From a virus: 64,000 bases of DNA. Below, in pieces: positions 30,822 through 39,728 of this stretch. Positions within the stretch are counted from its first letter, which is position 1; the number at the start of each line of letters is the position of its first letter. Below the pieces are notes generated by a model. The model was not told the origin of the DNA and made no database searches. It saw nothing but the letters and a program-made list of their open reading frames with translations. The translations under genes and the position numbers were made by a program. The DNA is taken from IMG/VR virus record IMGVR_UViG_3300002141_000152, positions 32,001-96,000 of that record. The stretch is one strand, 5' to 3'.

Positions 30822-30842
30822 TTAATTGTATATTTTTATTAT

Positions 30843-31124
30843 TTATTTTGAAAAATGCTTTGCCGCTTTTCTAAAATCATGGTACGATAATACATTCTTC
30901 TTCTTAATCTTCTTTGGGTTTAATCCGAAGGCGCTGGTTAATCTTCCGCCGCTTAGGAAAGGTGAATTATTCCAGTGTGCTGGAATAGATCCAGATGATC
31001 CTGCATAAAACATCATTGCGCTTGCACGATCGGTAGCTGGGCTCATAATAATATCTGCTGGATCTCGTTCCATTGAATCAGTTCCCATTACTTCAACTAT
31101 ATAGTTTGCAAAGCCACTAACCAT
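30843..31124 (-). CDS. Hypothetical protein with CTS-like peptides at both ends
   Basis: MVSGFANYIVE; VLSYHDFRK. Confidence 0.55.
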   Translation of the reverse strand: MVSGFANYIVEVMGTDSMERDPADIIMSPATDRASAMMFYAGSSGSIPAHWNNSPFLSGGRLTSAFGLNPKKIKKKNVLSYHDFRKAAKHFSK

Positions 31125-31125
31125 C

Positions 31126-31578
31126 TTATCCTGGAAAATTTAGAGAATCTTGTGATTGATCTAATGAAAAAGGTTGTACTGGAGTAGGAGGAGCAACCTG
31201 TGCATCTTGCGGAGCAACTGCTGCTGAAAATGTTAAATCATGATCATCCGGTTGATTCATATTAGACATTGCGTGATCTCCAAACATACTTTGATTCTTT
31301 TCAATATATAATTCAAGTCCCATTGCTACCAATGGATCATTCTCTTTACATTTGTTGATGAAATCGCCAACAGTCATTGTCATTGGATCAACTGGAGCAG
31401 ATGCTTGACCTTCTGCTGGAAGTGCAAGCTGTTGTGCTGGATAATCGATTGGCATTTCTGGAGTTTCTGGAGCTGCTGGTTGAAGTCCTAGTTCTGTCGT
31501 TGCATCTGGATTGATTGCTGCAGGCGGTGCTGCTTGTTCAAGAAGTCGTCTAATGCTTTTAAAATTTTTCATTCTCAT
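31126..31578 (-). CDS. Pro/Ala/Gln-rich protein with CTS-like leader
   Basis: MKNFKSIRRLLE; late motif at 31612-31619. Confidence 0.6.
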   Translation of the reverse strand: MRMKNFKSIRRLLEQAAPPAAINPDATTELGLQPAAPETPEMPIDYPAQQLALPAEGQASAPVDPMTMTVGDFINKCKENDPLVAMGLELYIEKNQSMFGDHAMSNMNQPDDHDLTFSAAVAPQDAQVAPPTPVQPFSLDQSQDSLNFPG

Positions 31579-31658
31579 GTTATATTATTTTAATAAGATG
31601 TGATCTTTAGTTTATTTATTTAGAAACCAAACGATATTTCGTAATATAAAAGTAATGT

Positions 31659-31904
31659 ATGACAAAAATAAATGATGAACTAATAGTTAAGTCACAGGCA
31701 ATTCGTAAAGAATTAGAAACAGCGATTTTATTGAAGTTGGGACAAATTAAAGAAAAGATCCTAATACATAGTTATAAAACAATTGGCGAAGAGATTCAAA
31801 CTCTTTCGATAGTTCACGATGATTTAGATGATGTTCTATTAAATTGGGAGATTAGTAGTATAAGTATCTTTCCAACACAATTAGCTGATATTGACGAAGA
31901 CTAG
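31659..31904 (+). CDS. Hypothetical protein
   Basis: 81-aa ORF behind an AAAC...TAATAT promoter-like element. Confidence 0.5.
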   Translation: MTKINDELIVKSQAIRKELETAILLKLGQIKEKILIHSYKTIGEEIQTLSIVHDDLDDVLLNWEISSISIFPTQLADIDED

Positions 31905-32001
31905 CCCTTGCATATCATGCAATTGCTTGTGTGGTATACTGCGTATGCGGTGGGATTCTGAGCCAATTGTATAAATTCAAATTAGTTTTTAACTAATTTC
32001 T

Positions 32002-32607
32002 TCATTTAATATGCGATGATAATTCGCCACTGATCTGTGCAGCAACAACGCGCAATTGTATAATTTCTTCAGCGGGCAATGTTTTCTTACGATCAGTATA
32101 TTCAACTCCTAATACTGCAATTAACCGATTTTCTAAATTTCTAATTCCAAATAGGTATGAACTTTTTGTTCTACATTCATCTGAAAAATATTTTAAACCG
32201 TATAGTTCAGCATCAGCATCTTTATAATCAAGTATTGAAAGATAGTCGTCTGTTAATACTTTATGTAGTGCTTTGCTGAAAAGGTTTACTGGAATATTTT
32301 GAAAGTTATCTCTTATTGTATCTTTAGATAATCGTGTGAATTCGTAAATCATACTAAATTTTTGAATCGATTTGCCAGTAGGATAGAAGTTTCCGCCATT
32401 GTGAAATTGTAAAATCCAAATGCGATCTGCAGTGTACTCACTAAGTACTCGCTCAATCTCATCATTAATAATGTTCGCATTATTAACTGCTTCTACTAAA
32501 ACATCTGGTTTTTTTCGTTTGTTCAAGTTGTATTTAACAATAACCACGATTAATGGTCCAATTACTCCCGATAAAAAAGCTATAATTATATTTGATATAT
32601 CTGCCAA
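32002..32607 (-). CDS. Putative holin, T4 T-like (single TM plus GAF-like domain)
   Basis: N-terminal hydrophobic helix followed by KRKK; ADRIWILQFHNG...LIAVLGVEY GAF-like pattern. Confidence 0.55.
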   Translation of the reverse strand: MADISNIIIAFLSGVIGPLIVVIVKYNLNKRKKPDVLVEAVNNANIINDEIERVLSEYTADRIWILQFHNGGNFYPTGKSIQKFSMIYEFTRLSKDTIRDNFQNIPVNLFSKALHKVLTDDYLSILDYKDADAELYGLKYFSDECRTKSSYLFGIRNLENRLIAVLGVEYTDRKKTLPAEEIIQLRVVAAQISGELSSHIK

Positions 32608-32622
32608 GGGTCCTAATATTTT

Positions 32623-33285
32623 TTACATGTTGCAACCACAGGTTGCTCCAAATTTGTCGTATTCTGCATCACAGTTTGAGCAAAATTCATTATTTGATTT
32701 TGTTACCGAATTTCTTTTCATTCCACTCCCGTCACAACTTTCACAACCTTCACCTTCACAACTTTTGCAAAATGGAGATTCAAATCCAAAATCATCATCT
32801 TCTTCTTTCCAATCATCATCAAACAGATATTCGTTATGTGACTCGTTAAGGAATCCGCGGAAATTTTTAACTTTATATGATTCTTCAACGGTTTTAGGAT
32901 TCGCACCAGTCTCTGGTTCAGGAACATCTTTATCTTCAGTCTCCTCCTTTTCTGCAGGTTCAGTCACTTCTTCAGTTTCTTCTTGGTCTACTGGTTCTTC
33001 CTCTTCAGTAGAGTCAGCCGTCGTTTCAATTTCTTCTGGTGCATTCAGGTCAGAGTCAACAGCTGATGTGAATTTAGGTGAACCTACTGCTCCAGGCTGA
33101 GGAGGTGTCATTTCGATGCCAGCATCTACTGGTTTGTTCGGGCCAATTGGTTTTTGGTTATATGATTCTTTGTCAAATCCTTCTTCGAAGTTATTTGATG
33201 ATTGAGTAAATGAATCTAGGGTCTTTTCATCATCGCTAGAATACTTACCTGCAAATTCTGAGAAATTTAAAACTCTTCCTGGCAT
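32623..33285 (-). CDS. Acidic protein with CTS-like peptides and Cys-rich C-terminus
   Basis: RVLNFSEF; internal VKNFRGFLNE; CxxC repeats. Confidence 0.6.
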   Translation of the reverse strand: MPGRVLNFSEFAGKYSSDDEKTLDSFTQSSNNFEEGFDKESYNQKPIGPNKPVDAGIEMTPPQPGAVGSPKFTSAVDSDLNAPEEIETTADSTEEEEPVDQEETEEVTEPAEKEETEDKDVPEPETGANPKTVEESYKVKNFRGFLNESHNEYLFDDDWKEEDDDFGFESPFCKSCEGEGCESCDGSGMKRNSVTKSNNEFCSNCDAEYDKFGATCGCNM

Positions 33286-33428
33286 GTCAGTGATTTATTT
33301 TAATTTATTTATCAAGAAAATTCTGTCAAAAATTTAATATTGTAATTCGATTTGAGTATAATTGATCTATAAATGGAAAAACAAAGAATTTACTTAGACT
33401 GCGTTTGAACTCCAATTGATAAATAGCT

Positions 33429-33638
33429 ATGCCACATGAACACAGGGTCGGAGATGCCCATCGTACAAACAATTTAAGCCTGGTTCCAGGCGGATCTGTA
33501 ATTAAACTTGTATACTCAGGTAATAAACACCGAGTGTATGATAAAATAAAAAATGTCGAAGCATATTCTACTCATGCTAAACAAAACTCAAATGTAATTG
33601 AAATTTGGGTAGATGGAGTTCTGTCATGGAAACGATAA
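33429..33638 (+). CDS. Small hypothetical protein
   Basis: 69-aa ORF at head of a plus-strand run. Confidence 0.55.
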   Translation: MPHEHRVGDAHRTNNLSLVPGGSVIKLVYSGNKHRVYDKIKNVEAYSTHAKQNSNVIEIWVDGVLSWKR

Positions 33639-33643
33639 ATACA

Positions 33644-34432
33644 ATGAAAACATTTAGATTTTATAAAGAACAAACAAATCGGTGGTATGCTGACTTTCCG
33701 GACTGGCGTGGAACACACGATGAACTTGAAATGATTTCAGGTGCAGATACTTTTTTAAATATTATGGCAGAAGGCTCATCTGAAATCCATGTAATTTTAT
33801 CTGACGAATCATTTGAAAATTCAGATCTTCTTGCAATCAAGCAGTATGGTAGATCGGACGGTTGGGAACTTGGAGAAGGAGCATGGTATAGTATGCCATC
33901 CTATCAAGGTATTAAATATCCTGATTTTGAAATGTGGCTTTGTGCCGTTACAAAATTTGTGTTTGGAGATTTTCCAGAAATAATCTATTTTAGTAAAGAT
34001 GCAAATAGCTCAAGTTTTCCTGAAGTAAAAGAAAAAATTAAATTATCTGTCGCAAATATTCCCCAGAACTTAATATCCGGTGTAGAATCTTTTGGTACTA
34101 AACAAGAAGCTAATTCAGAAGCTAAAAAATTATTAGGTAATTCTCCTCATTCTATAGATATGATAGACCTTGGTATAAGAACCAGAACTACAAGAAGTGT
34201 AGGAGAAATGGAAAAATATAATATTAAAGTTGGAGATATTGTAACTCAATTTGGTAAATCGGCTGATGGAACTACTAAGAAAATTTTAACAAAAATAACA
34301 GCGATTCATTCTAAAGGAACTACTGGATTTTTAGGAACTTGGAATAAAGAAGGTTGGACACAGGAAGGTATAAAAGCAATTGAACGATTTAAAGACGGTG
34401 CAGCAGCAATAGAATTTAAAGTAATTAATTAA
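33644..34432 (+). CDS. Hypothetical two-domain protein; C-terminal domain possibly ASCH/PUA-like
   Basis: Start at MKTFRFYKE; second half IDLGIRTRTTR...KVGDIV...EGW resembles ASCH. Confidence 0.5.
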   Translation: MKTFRFYKEQTNRWYADFPDWRGTHDELEMISGADTFLNIMAEGSSEIHVILSDESFENSDLLAIKQYGRSDGWELGEGAWYSMPSYQGIKYPDFEMWLCAVTKFVFGDFPEIIYFSKDANSSSFPEVKEKIKLSVANIPQNLISGVESFGTKQEANSEAKKLLGNSPHSIDMIDLGIRTRTTRSVGEMEKYNIKVGDIVTQFGKSADGTTKKILTKITAIHSKGTTGFLGTWNKEGWTQEGIKAIERFKDGAAAIEFKVIN

Positions 34433-34447
34433 ATAAAACTAAATAAT

Positions 34448-34699
34448 ATGCCAAACTATCGATATGCAAAGGTTGATGTTGAAATTACATGTGATGATGT
34501 AATAAATTTTATTGACTCAGCATCAACAAAAGAAATAAAACGTATTCGTAAAGCAGTTGATGCTGATTTCTTTAACGATACAAAAAGGGAAGGAAGCCTT
34601 GTTCGCGAAATGAAAATCGAACTGTTATCGCTTGCATTTGATAAGTTTTCACTCGACGAACTAGAAAAAAAATTAGGAACTAAATTTGATTTAATGTAA
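34448..34699 (+). CDS. Hypothetical protein
   Basis: In operon orientation. Confidence 0.55.
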   Translation: MPNYRYAKVDVEITCDDVINFIDSASTKEIKRIRKAVDADFFNDTKREGSLVREMKIELLSLAFDKFSLDELEKKLGTKFDLM

Positions 34700-34708
34700 T
34701 AGGGCAAA

Positions 34709-35320
34709 ATGGCAACCGATAATTTTGAACGTATCTTAAAACTTCTTACCTTTGAAAGCGACGACGATTTTTATCATCTTCAAGTGATAAAGCGTAAGAA
34801 AGAACATCCTGAACTTGGATCAAACTCTCAAGTAATTAAGACTTATTATATAAAATCAGTCGATCACTTAGATGCAGTTAGACCTGAGATTGTCTCCCTT
34901 TGTGATTTTCATGGTGCTAGAGCATACATCAATCTAAATGCTAGATCCTTTGAGATGACTGCATTCCATACTCTTAAGAAGGTGACTGATATTATTATGA
35001 ATCGTGACTATAAGTCAGTTCGTAATGCATATGACTCAGTATGTGGAGCTTATTCTACCAGTAAAGAAAAGCGATGGATAATTGATTTAGATGGAGTCGA
35101 CCAAGTAAGTCCACTGATGTGCGCTTTTATTGAATATAGATGTGAGCCTATTACTGAGCTAACACCAGATTGCAGTTTAGAAAATAGTAAATGTATTGCT
35201 GTAATTCCAACAAAAAATGGAATACACTTAATTACTAAGCCTTTTAACTTAGAGAAATTTAAGAAGGAATATCCCGAGGTTGATGTGCATAAAAATAATC
35301 CTACTGTACTTTACGTATAA
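34709..35320 (+). CDS. Hypothetical protein with AEP (primase-polymerase)-like motifs
   Basis: WIIDLD (hhhDhD) and PTKNGIHLI (TxxGxH). Confidence 0.45.
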   Translation: MATDNFERILKLLTFESDDDFYHLQVIKRKKEHPELGSNSQVIKTYYIKSVDHLDAVRPEIVSLCDFHGARAYINLNARSFEMTAFHTLKKVTDIIMNRDYKSVRNAYDSVCGAYSTSKEKRWIIDLDGVDQVSPLMCAFIEYRCEPITELTPDCSLENSKCIAVIPTKNGIHLITKPFNLEKFKKEYPEVDVHKNNPTVLYV

Positions 35321-35324
35321 AACC

Positions 35325-35353
35325 AAAAAAGCCAGTAATTACTTACTGGCTTT
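35325..35353. terminator. Bidirectional terminator
   Basis: AAAAAAGCCAGTAA-TTAC-TTACTGGCTTT. Confidence 0.7.
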
Positions 35354-35369
35354 GTAATATTGGTTTAAA

Positions 35370-35933
35370 TTACATTTCACTTTCCTTGTTGAACATGTTA
35401 TAATTTATATTCTTTGTCTTTCCATCTTCTGAGGTAAGAGTAATAGTATGCTCTCCAGGTTTTTCGATAATATATGGGTCTCCCTTATATACTACTTTCT
35501 GACCTTTTTTTAATTTCTTAAAGTTTTCTAATGATATTTTAGCTCCGTGTTTTTTAGTAATGGATTCAACAATTCTGGTAAAGCTTTCAAATGTATGAAC
35601 GAATTCTCCACCAACATTCGGTACTTCGTCTCTATTCCGTTTAGCAAAAGGAGAGTGGTCAGACTCTTTAGATTCATCACCAATATTATTCCTTAAGAAT
35701 TCAGCAACTTCTTGGATATCGTCCGTTGATGTTGCAATATGATCGCCTGCCCAATCGTGTCCATTATTTAAAAGGCTAGTAACTTCTTCTGGATCCATTT
35801 GTAATAGAGCATCAATTTCTGCTTTAATTGTTTTTAAATTATCGAAGAACATATATCTATCTCCTTCTGATCTTCCAGTTGAACATTCTGATTTAGAATA
35901 ACCGCAGCCGCATGTACATTTATTTGAGTCCAT
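35370..35933 (-). CDS. Hypothetical protein with internal CTS-like peptide
   Basis: CTCGCG N-terminus; YMFFDNL...NGHDWA..HI; VHTFESFTRIVE. Confidence 0.6.
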   Translation of the reverse strand: MDSNKCTCGCGYSKSECSTGRSEGDRYMFFDNLKTIKAEIDALLQMDPEEVTSLLNNGHDWAGDHIATSTDDIQEVAEFLRNNIGDESKESDHSPFAKRNRDEVPNVGGEFVHTFESFTRIVESITKKHGAKISLENFKKLKKGQKVVYKGDPYIIEKPGEHTITLTSEDGKTKNINYNMFNKESEM

Positions 35934-36961
35934 TATTTAGATTTATTATTTTTATTAGAAGTTTCCTTTATCATTTTTTCGATAATCTCGTGAAGTTTTA
36001 TCAATTGGTCTTTTGCACCTTTGATTCTACCTTCTTTTGATTCATCAATTGCACCAGACATTTTCATTAGGGTCTTAGCTAAAACTACTTCTTTATGCTT
36101 TTTTGCATCTTTCTTATTTAACTGAAGTCCAGGTTTCGTCTTATCTTTGTCTTTCTTTTCGAGCTTTGCTCCTTCTTTCTTAAGAACGTCGTTAGTAATT
36201 TTATTCTTACCTATATTTTTCTTAAGTTTTCCATTTTTCATATTACTATTTGCAATCCAATTCTTTTTAGCTTCATGAACAATATATTCATCAAAACTTC
36301 GTATTGCTCTTGGATTTGCACCGGTCATTACACCAGGCATCATTTCTCCAGTTGCAGCAATTTCTTCTGCTTGGTCTGGAGTAATAGTGGGTGGTGGTTC
36401 AGGTGTAGTTTCAGTAGGCATCGCAGGTTCAGTAGGTGCAGAGGGCATTCCGCTATTCTTAATAAGTGTAATACCAATAGCAGATGATGAATCTCCAGCT
36501 TTTGTATTAAGAGATAAACGCACTGGACCAGAGTCAATATTCTCAACTCCTGCAAGTTGGTTTGGTAAAACATTAAATATTAATGTCTTTGCTGCATTCT
36601 CACCAGTAAGATTTGCCGGTGGATATGTTGGAGTTCCAGTAGTTTCTGCAGATGCAATTGCAAATGCAAATGCGATAAAAATATGCGGCTTTTCTCCAGC
36701 AGCAACGGTCATTCCAGGAAGAATAATATCTACTTCTGGATTTTTCTTATCAACAAGTCTAGCAGGTCGTGTGAACACAGTTGCTTCTTTTCCATGTAAA
36801 ATATTTGATAATTCGGTAAGATCACTATCAGATAGCTCAACAATAATTTGAGCATTTTTCCCAGTTACTTTTGCCGGCTGTTGCATAGGCTGATCGGTGA
36901 CAGCTGGTGCTCCAGTTTGTTCCAGTTCAAAAATCTTTTTATAGTCGATGAATCGATACAT
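35933..36961 (-). CDS. Putative virion protein with Lys-rich C-terminus
   Basis: MYRFIDYKKIFE; internal IRSFDEYIVHE; late motif upstream. Confidence 0.6.
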   Translation of the reverse strand: MYRFIDYKKIFELEQTGAPAVTDQPMQQPAKVTGKNAQIIVELSDSDLTELSNILHGKEATVFTRPARLVDKKNPEVDIILPGMTVAAGEKPHIFIAFAFAIASAETTGTPTYPPANLTGENAAKTLIFNVLPNQLAGVENIDSGPVRLSLNTKAGDSSSAIGITLIKNSGMPSAPTEPAMPTETTPEPPPTITPDQAEEIAATGEMMPGVMTGANPRAIRSFDEYIVHEAKKNWIANSNMKNGKLKKNIGKNKITNDVLKKEGAKLEKKDKDKTKPGLQLNKKDAKKHKEVVLAKTLMKMSGAIDESKEGRIKGAKDQLIKLHEIIEKMIKETSNKNNKSK

Positions 36962-36987
36962 ATATTTTTTACTTTTTTATTATTTAT

Positions 36988-37728
36988 TTAATCTCGATAG
37001 ATATTTGCATAGATTTGGCTCGCAGTATTAATAATGTCTTCAATAATTCCATCACGACGTAATTGTTTAAATACTAAATTTTCTACTGAAAACTCGCCGT
37101 CTTTTGCAAGACCCTCTTTACGATCTGCTAAGATCTTCTTCTTAAATCTTTCTAGGTAATCAAATAATACTTTAGCTTCTTCACCAGATGCTCTTTTGAT
37201 CCTTCCTTTAATCTCTTTAAACTCAGATCGGATTACTCTTATCTTTTCTTTAACATCCTTCTCGTCAATTTGAGGAGGATTCCAGGTAGGAGTCACTAGC
37301 CATTGATTCTTAAGGATTGAAAAGAGACCAGATGAAACGTGCTGTTCATCTTTATGTTGTACATAACACTCTACATCAAATCCATGAATCACTACAGGAT
37401 GCCGTTGGTTCCAGACAAATCTCTGTCCATCTAATGCCTTTCGGACTAAGTCAACGTTCTTATCAACTTGCGCAAAATCAATAATTAGATGCACATCTAA
37501 GTCAGATGCTTGGGTCCAGTTAAAATTAGCAAGTGATCCAGTCAATTGAATATCAACTATCTGTACTTCAAGCTTTAGTGATTCCCAAAAATCTTGAGCA
37601 AGAGCTAATAATTTTTTGCGTACTTCTGGATCCATCCGATGGTTGTTCCAGACACTTGGTGATAATTCCTTATGATATTCGACAGTTTCTGTCAGCCATT
37701 GGCTAAATGAATAAACTTGTGTTTTCAA
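36988..37728 (-). CDS. Pol-beta-superfamily nucleotidyltransferase with CTS-like leader
   Basis: LTGSLANFNW...SDLDVH and third acid VECY; leader VYSFSQWLTE. Confidence 0.8.
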   Translation of the reverse strand: MKTQVYSFSQWLTETVEYHKELSPSVWNNHRMDPEVRKKLLALAQDFWESLKLEVQIVDIQLTGSLANFNWTQASDLDVHLIIDFAQVDKNVDLVRKALDGQRFVWNQRHPVVIHGFDVECYVQHKDEQHVSSGLFSILKNQWLVTPTWNPPQIDEKDVKEKIRVIRSEFKEIKGRIKRASGEEAKVLFDYLERFKKKILADRKEGLAKDGEFSVENLVFKQLRRDGIIEDIINTASQIYANIYRD

Positions 37729-37849
37729 ACGTATCTCAGGTATTTATGTTATTTATCGCACCAGGAAACTCAAGTTTGGCTGGACACACAACTATTTAAT
37801 AATTAGAAAAATTAACTTAATTGCAGAGGAACTGGATATTCATATTGGT

Positions 37850-37926
37850 AAAAAGAAGGCCAGAGCAGGTGCGAATCACTCTGGCCTAAAACGTACTTTC
37901 GTAACGCCTACGGTCCTAAGCCGTGT
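37850..37926 (-). ncRNA. Candidate ~75-nt late small RNA
   Basis: Late motif at 37931-37938, three hairpins (one GAAA tetraloop), terminator with U-tract, no ORF. Confidence 0.5.
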
Positions 37927-37973
37927 GTAATTATTTATTTTAACAGTCAACTAAATCTTAGTATTATTTCTAT

Positions 37974-38201
37974 ATGCTACAACAGGGAGATCAAGTTAAA
38001 CTAACTACATACTTTAAAGATATGCTAAATGCCAACGACTGTGCTGATCATATCAAAGAATTTGGCAAGTGTATAGGCACCGTCGAAGGACTAGTAGATT
38101 ATGGAACTCGACTTGGTCCAGAAGTAAATGTGCGTTGGCAACCCAGCGGTTTACGTTATGCATACTGTCCCTATCGAGACTTAACAAAAATTCTGATCTA
38201 G
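37974..38201 (+). CDS. Small hypothetical protein (SH3/KOW-like)
   Basis: GDQVKL...GTV...VNVRW; TAGTATTAT upstream. Confidence 0.55.
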   Translation: MLQQGDQVKLTTYFKDMLNANDCADHIKEFGKCIGTVEGLVDYGTRLGPEVNVRWQPSGLRYAYCPYRDLTKILI

Positions 38202-38254
38202 AATTAACTTCCATTAATTCGTGTCAAATAAATAAGAAAAAGAACAGTCGGTCA

Positions 38255-38659
38255 ATGAAAAAGCATATTATGGAGTATTTTGAAGTCATAAATGAATCAT
38301 TTGGCGTGGGTTCAGTCATCTTAATTAATGGTAAAGCAGAAGACTCCGGAAAAAAGTTATATGCTACACATATTGTCGGCAGCGCTGAACTTAATCCAGG
38401 GGCAACTATGCTATTCTTATCTGACGATTTTTATCGTATTAAGAAAGACGGTGAAAAATTAAAAGCTGTAAGAATTGGTTTCTCAAATGAGGCTGCTCTA
38501 AAATCTGCACTAAAAGTATCTTCAGCGGGTAGAATAAGTATTATCAAAAACAATAATAAAACCCCATTCCATTGGATTACTCTAAAACATAAAGTACTAC
38601 ACACTGCACTTCATGCAGTTGAGGAAGTTTTAAATAAAGATAATTATATACTCGAATAA
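38255..38659 (+). CDS. Hypothetical protein with CTS-like leader
   Basis: Start corrected to MKKHIMEYFEVINE; ATAAATAA at 38228-38235. Confidence 0.6.
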   Translation: MKKHIMEYFEVINESFGVGSVILINGKAEDSGKKLYATHIVGSAELNPGATMLFLSDDFYRIKKDGEKLKAVRIGFSNEAALKSALKVSSAGRISIIKNNNKTPFHWITLKHKVLHTALHAVEEVLNKDNYILE

Positions 38660-38699
38660 TTATTTAAACTATTATTCTTTTTTATGTATATTATACCAT

Positions 38700-39662
38700 A
38701 TGGGAAAACTACCAAAATATACCCGCCACAATATCCTTACTGAGCTTAATGATATTGAAGATGAATTAGAGGCAGAAGCCGACGGAGCATCATCAACTAA
38801 TTATAATAGTTGGACACAACTCAAAGGCGATGAATTTGCACCAGCATTTCCAACCGTACCTCTTATTCCATGTGGGTTATATGAAATTCGATGGAACGCA
38901 AGTGTGCATTCACATACCTTAGTCAAGCAGCCAATCCATGTAGACGAACTATATGAATTACCATCGGTTGAGATACAGAGTATTCTTGAAGATATTGAAT
39001 GCTTCTGGAACAAACGTGCCACTTATAAAACTTACAACTTTGTACACAAACGTGGAATACTTCTTTATGGAGAACCAGGTTGTGGAAAATCAGGTATTGT
39101 ACAATTATGCGTGAAGCATATTATTGAGAAGAAAAATGGAATTGTCATCAATATCAAAGATGAGGATGAAGTTCGACATTTCTCAGAGTTTATTCCAATA
39201 CTCAGATCAATTGAACCAGATAGACCGCTTATTGTAATCTTAGAAGATCTTGATGCAATCGCTGGAGAAGACAGATACTCTACCACAAAGCTCCTGAATA
39301 TCCTGGATGGGATCAAACAGATCGAGAATGTTGTCTATATCGCAACAACTAACTATCCTGAGAAGCTACAGGAAAGGATTACAAATCGTCCTTCTAGATT
39401 TGACAGAAGATATCAAGTAGATATGCCTTCTACTGAGATTCGTGAAGCGTATATTCGCGCCAAACTTACAGCAGAAGACCTTGCAAAAATAGATCTACCG
39501 AAATGGATTAAATCAACTGATTCAATGTCCCTATCCCATCTAAAGGAATTAGTAATTTCAGTGATTGTGATGGGAAAATCATTTGCTGATTCACTTGCAC
39601 AATTAACAGATTTAAAGAATGCTCCTCGAGTTAAGAAGGGTAGTAAAGTCGGATTCAAATAA
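38700..39662 (+). CDS. AAA+ ATPase
   Basis: RGILLYGEPGCGKS, ILEDLD, LLNILDG, TTNYPE, RPSRFD. Confidence 0.9.
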   Translation: MGKLPKYTRHNILTELNDIEDELEAEADGASSTNYNSWTQLKGDEFAPAFPTVPLIPCGLYEIRWNASVHSHTLVKQPIHVDELYELPSVEIQSILEDIECFWNKRATYKTYNFVHKRGILLYGEPGCGKSGIVQLCVKHIIEKKNGIVINIKDEDEVRHFSEFIPILRSIEPDRPLIVILEDLDAIAGEDRYSTTKLLNILDGIKQIENVVYIATTNYPEKLQERITNRPSRFDRRYQVDMPSTEIREAYIRAKLTAEDLAKIDLPKWIKSTDSMSLSHLKELVISVIVMGKSFADSLAQLTDLKNAPRVKKGSKVGFK

Positions 39663-39679
39663 CCTGAGGTTATCTAAAT

Positions 39680-39707
39680 AAAAAAAGCCGCAAGTGCGGC
39701 TTTTTTA
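39680..39707. terminator. Bidirectional terminator
   Basis: AAAAAAGCCGC-AAGT-GCGGCTTTTTT. Confidence 0.8.
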
Positions 39708-39728
39708 TTGAATTTAATCTTGGATAGT

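Noticed and set aside
32420-33100. 226-aa plus-strand Ser-rich ORF and other antisense ORFs in the track
   Set aside because: Shadows of acidic or otherwise well-supported genes on the opposite strand.
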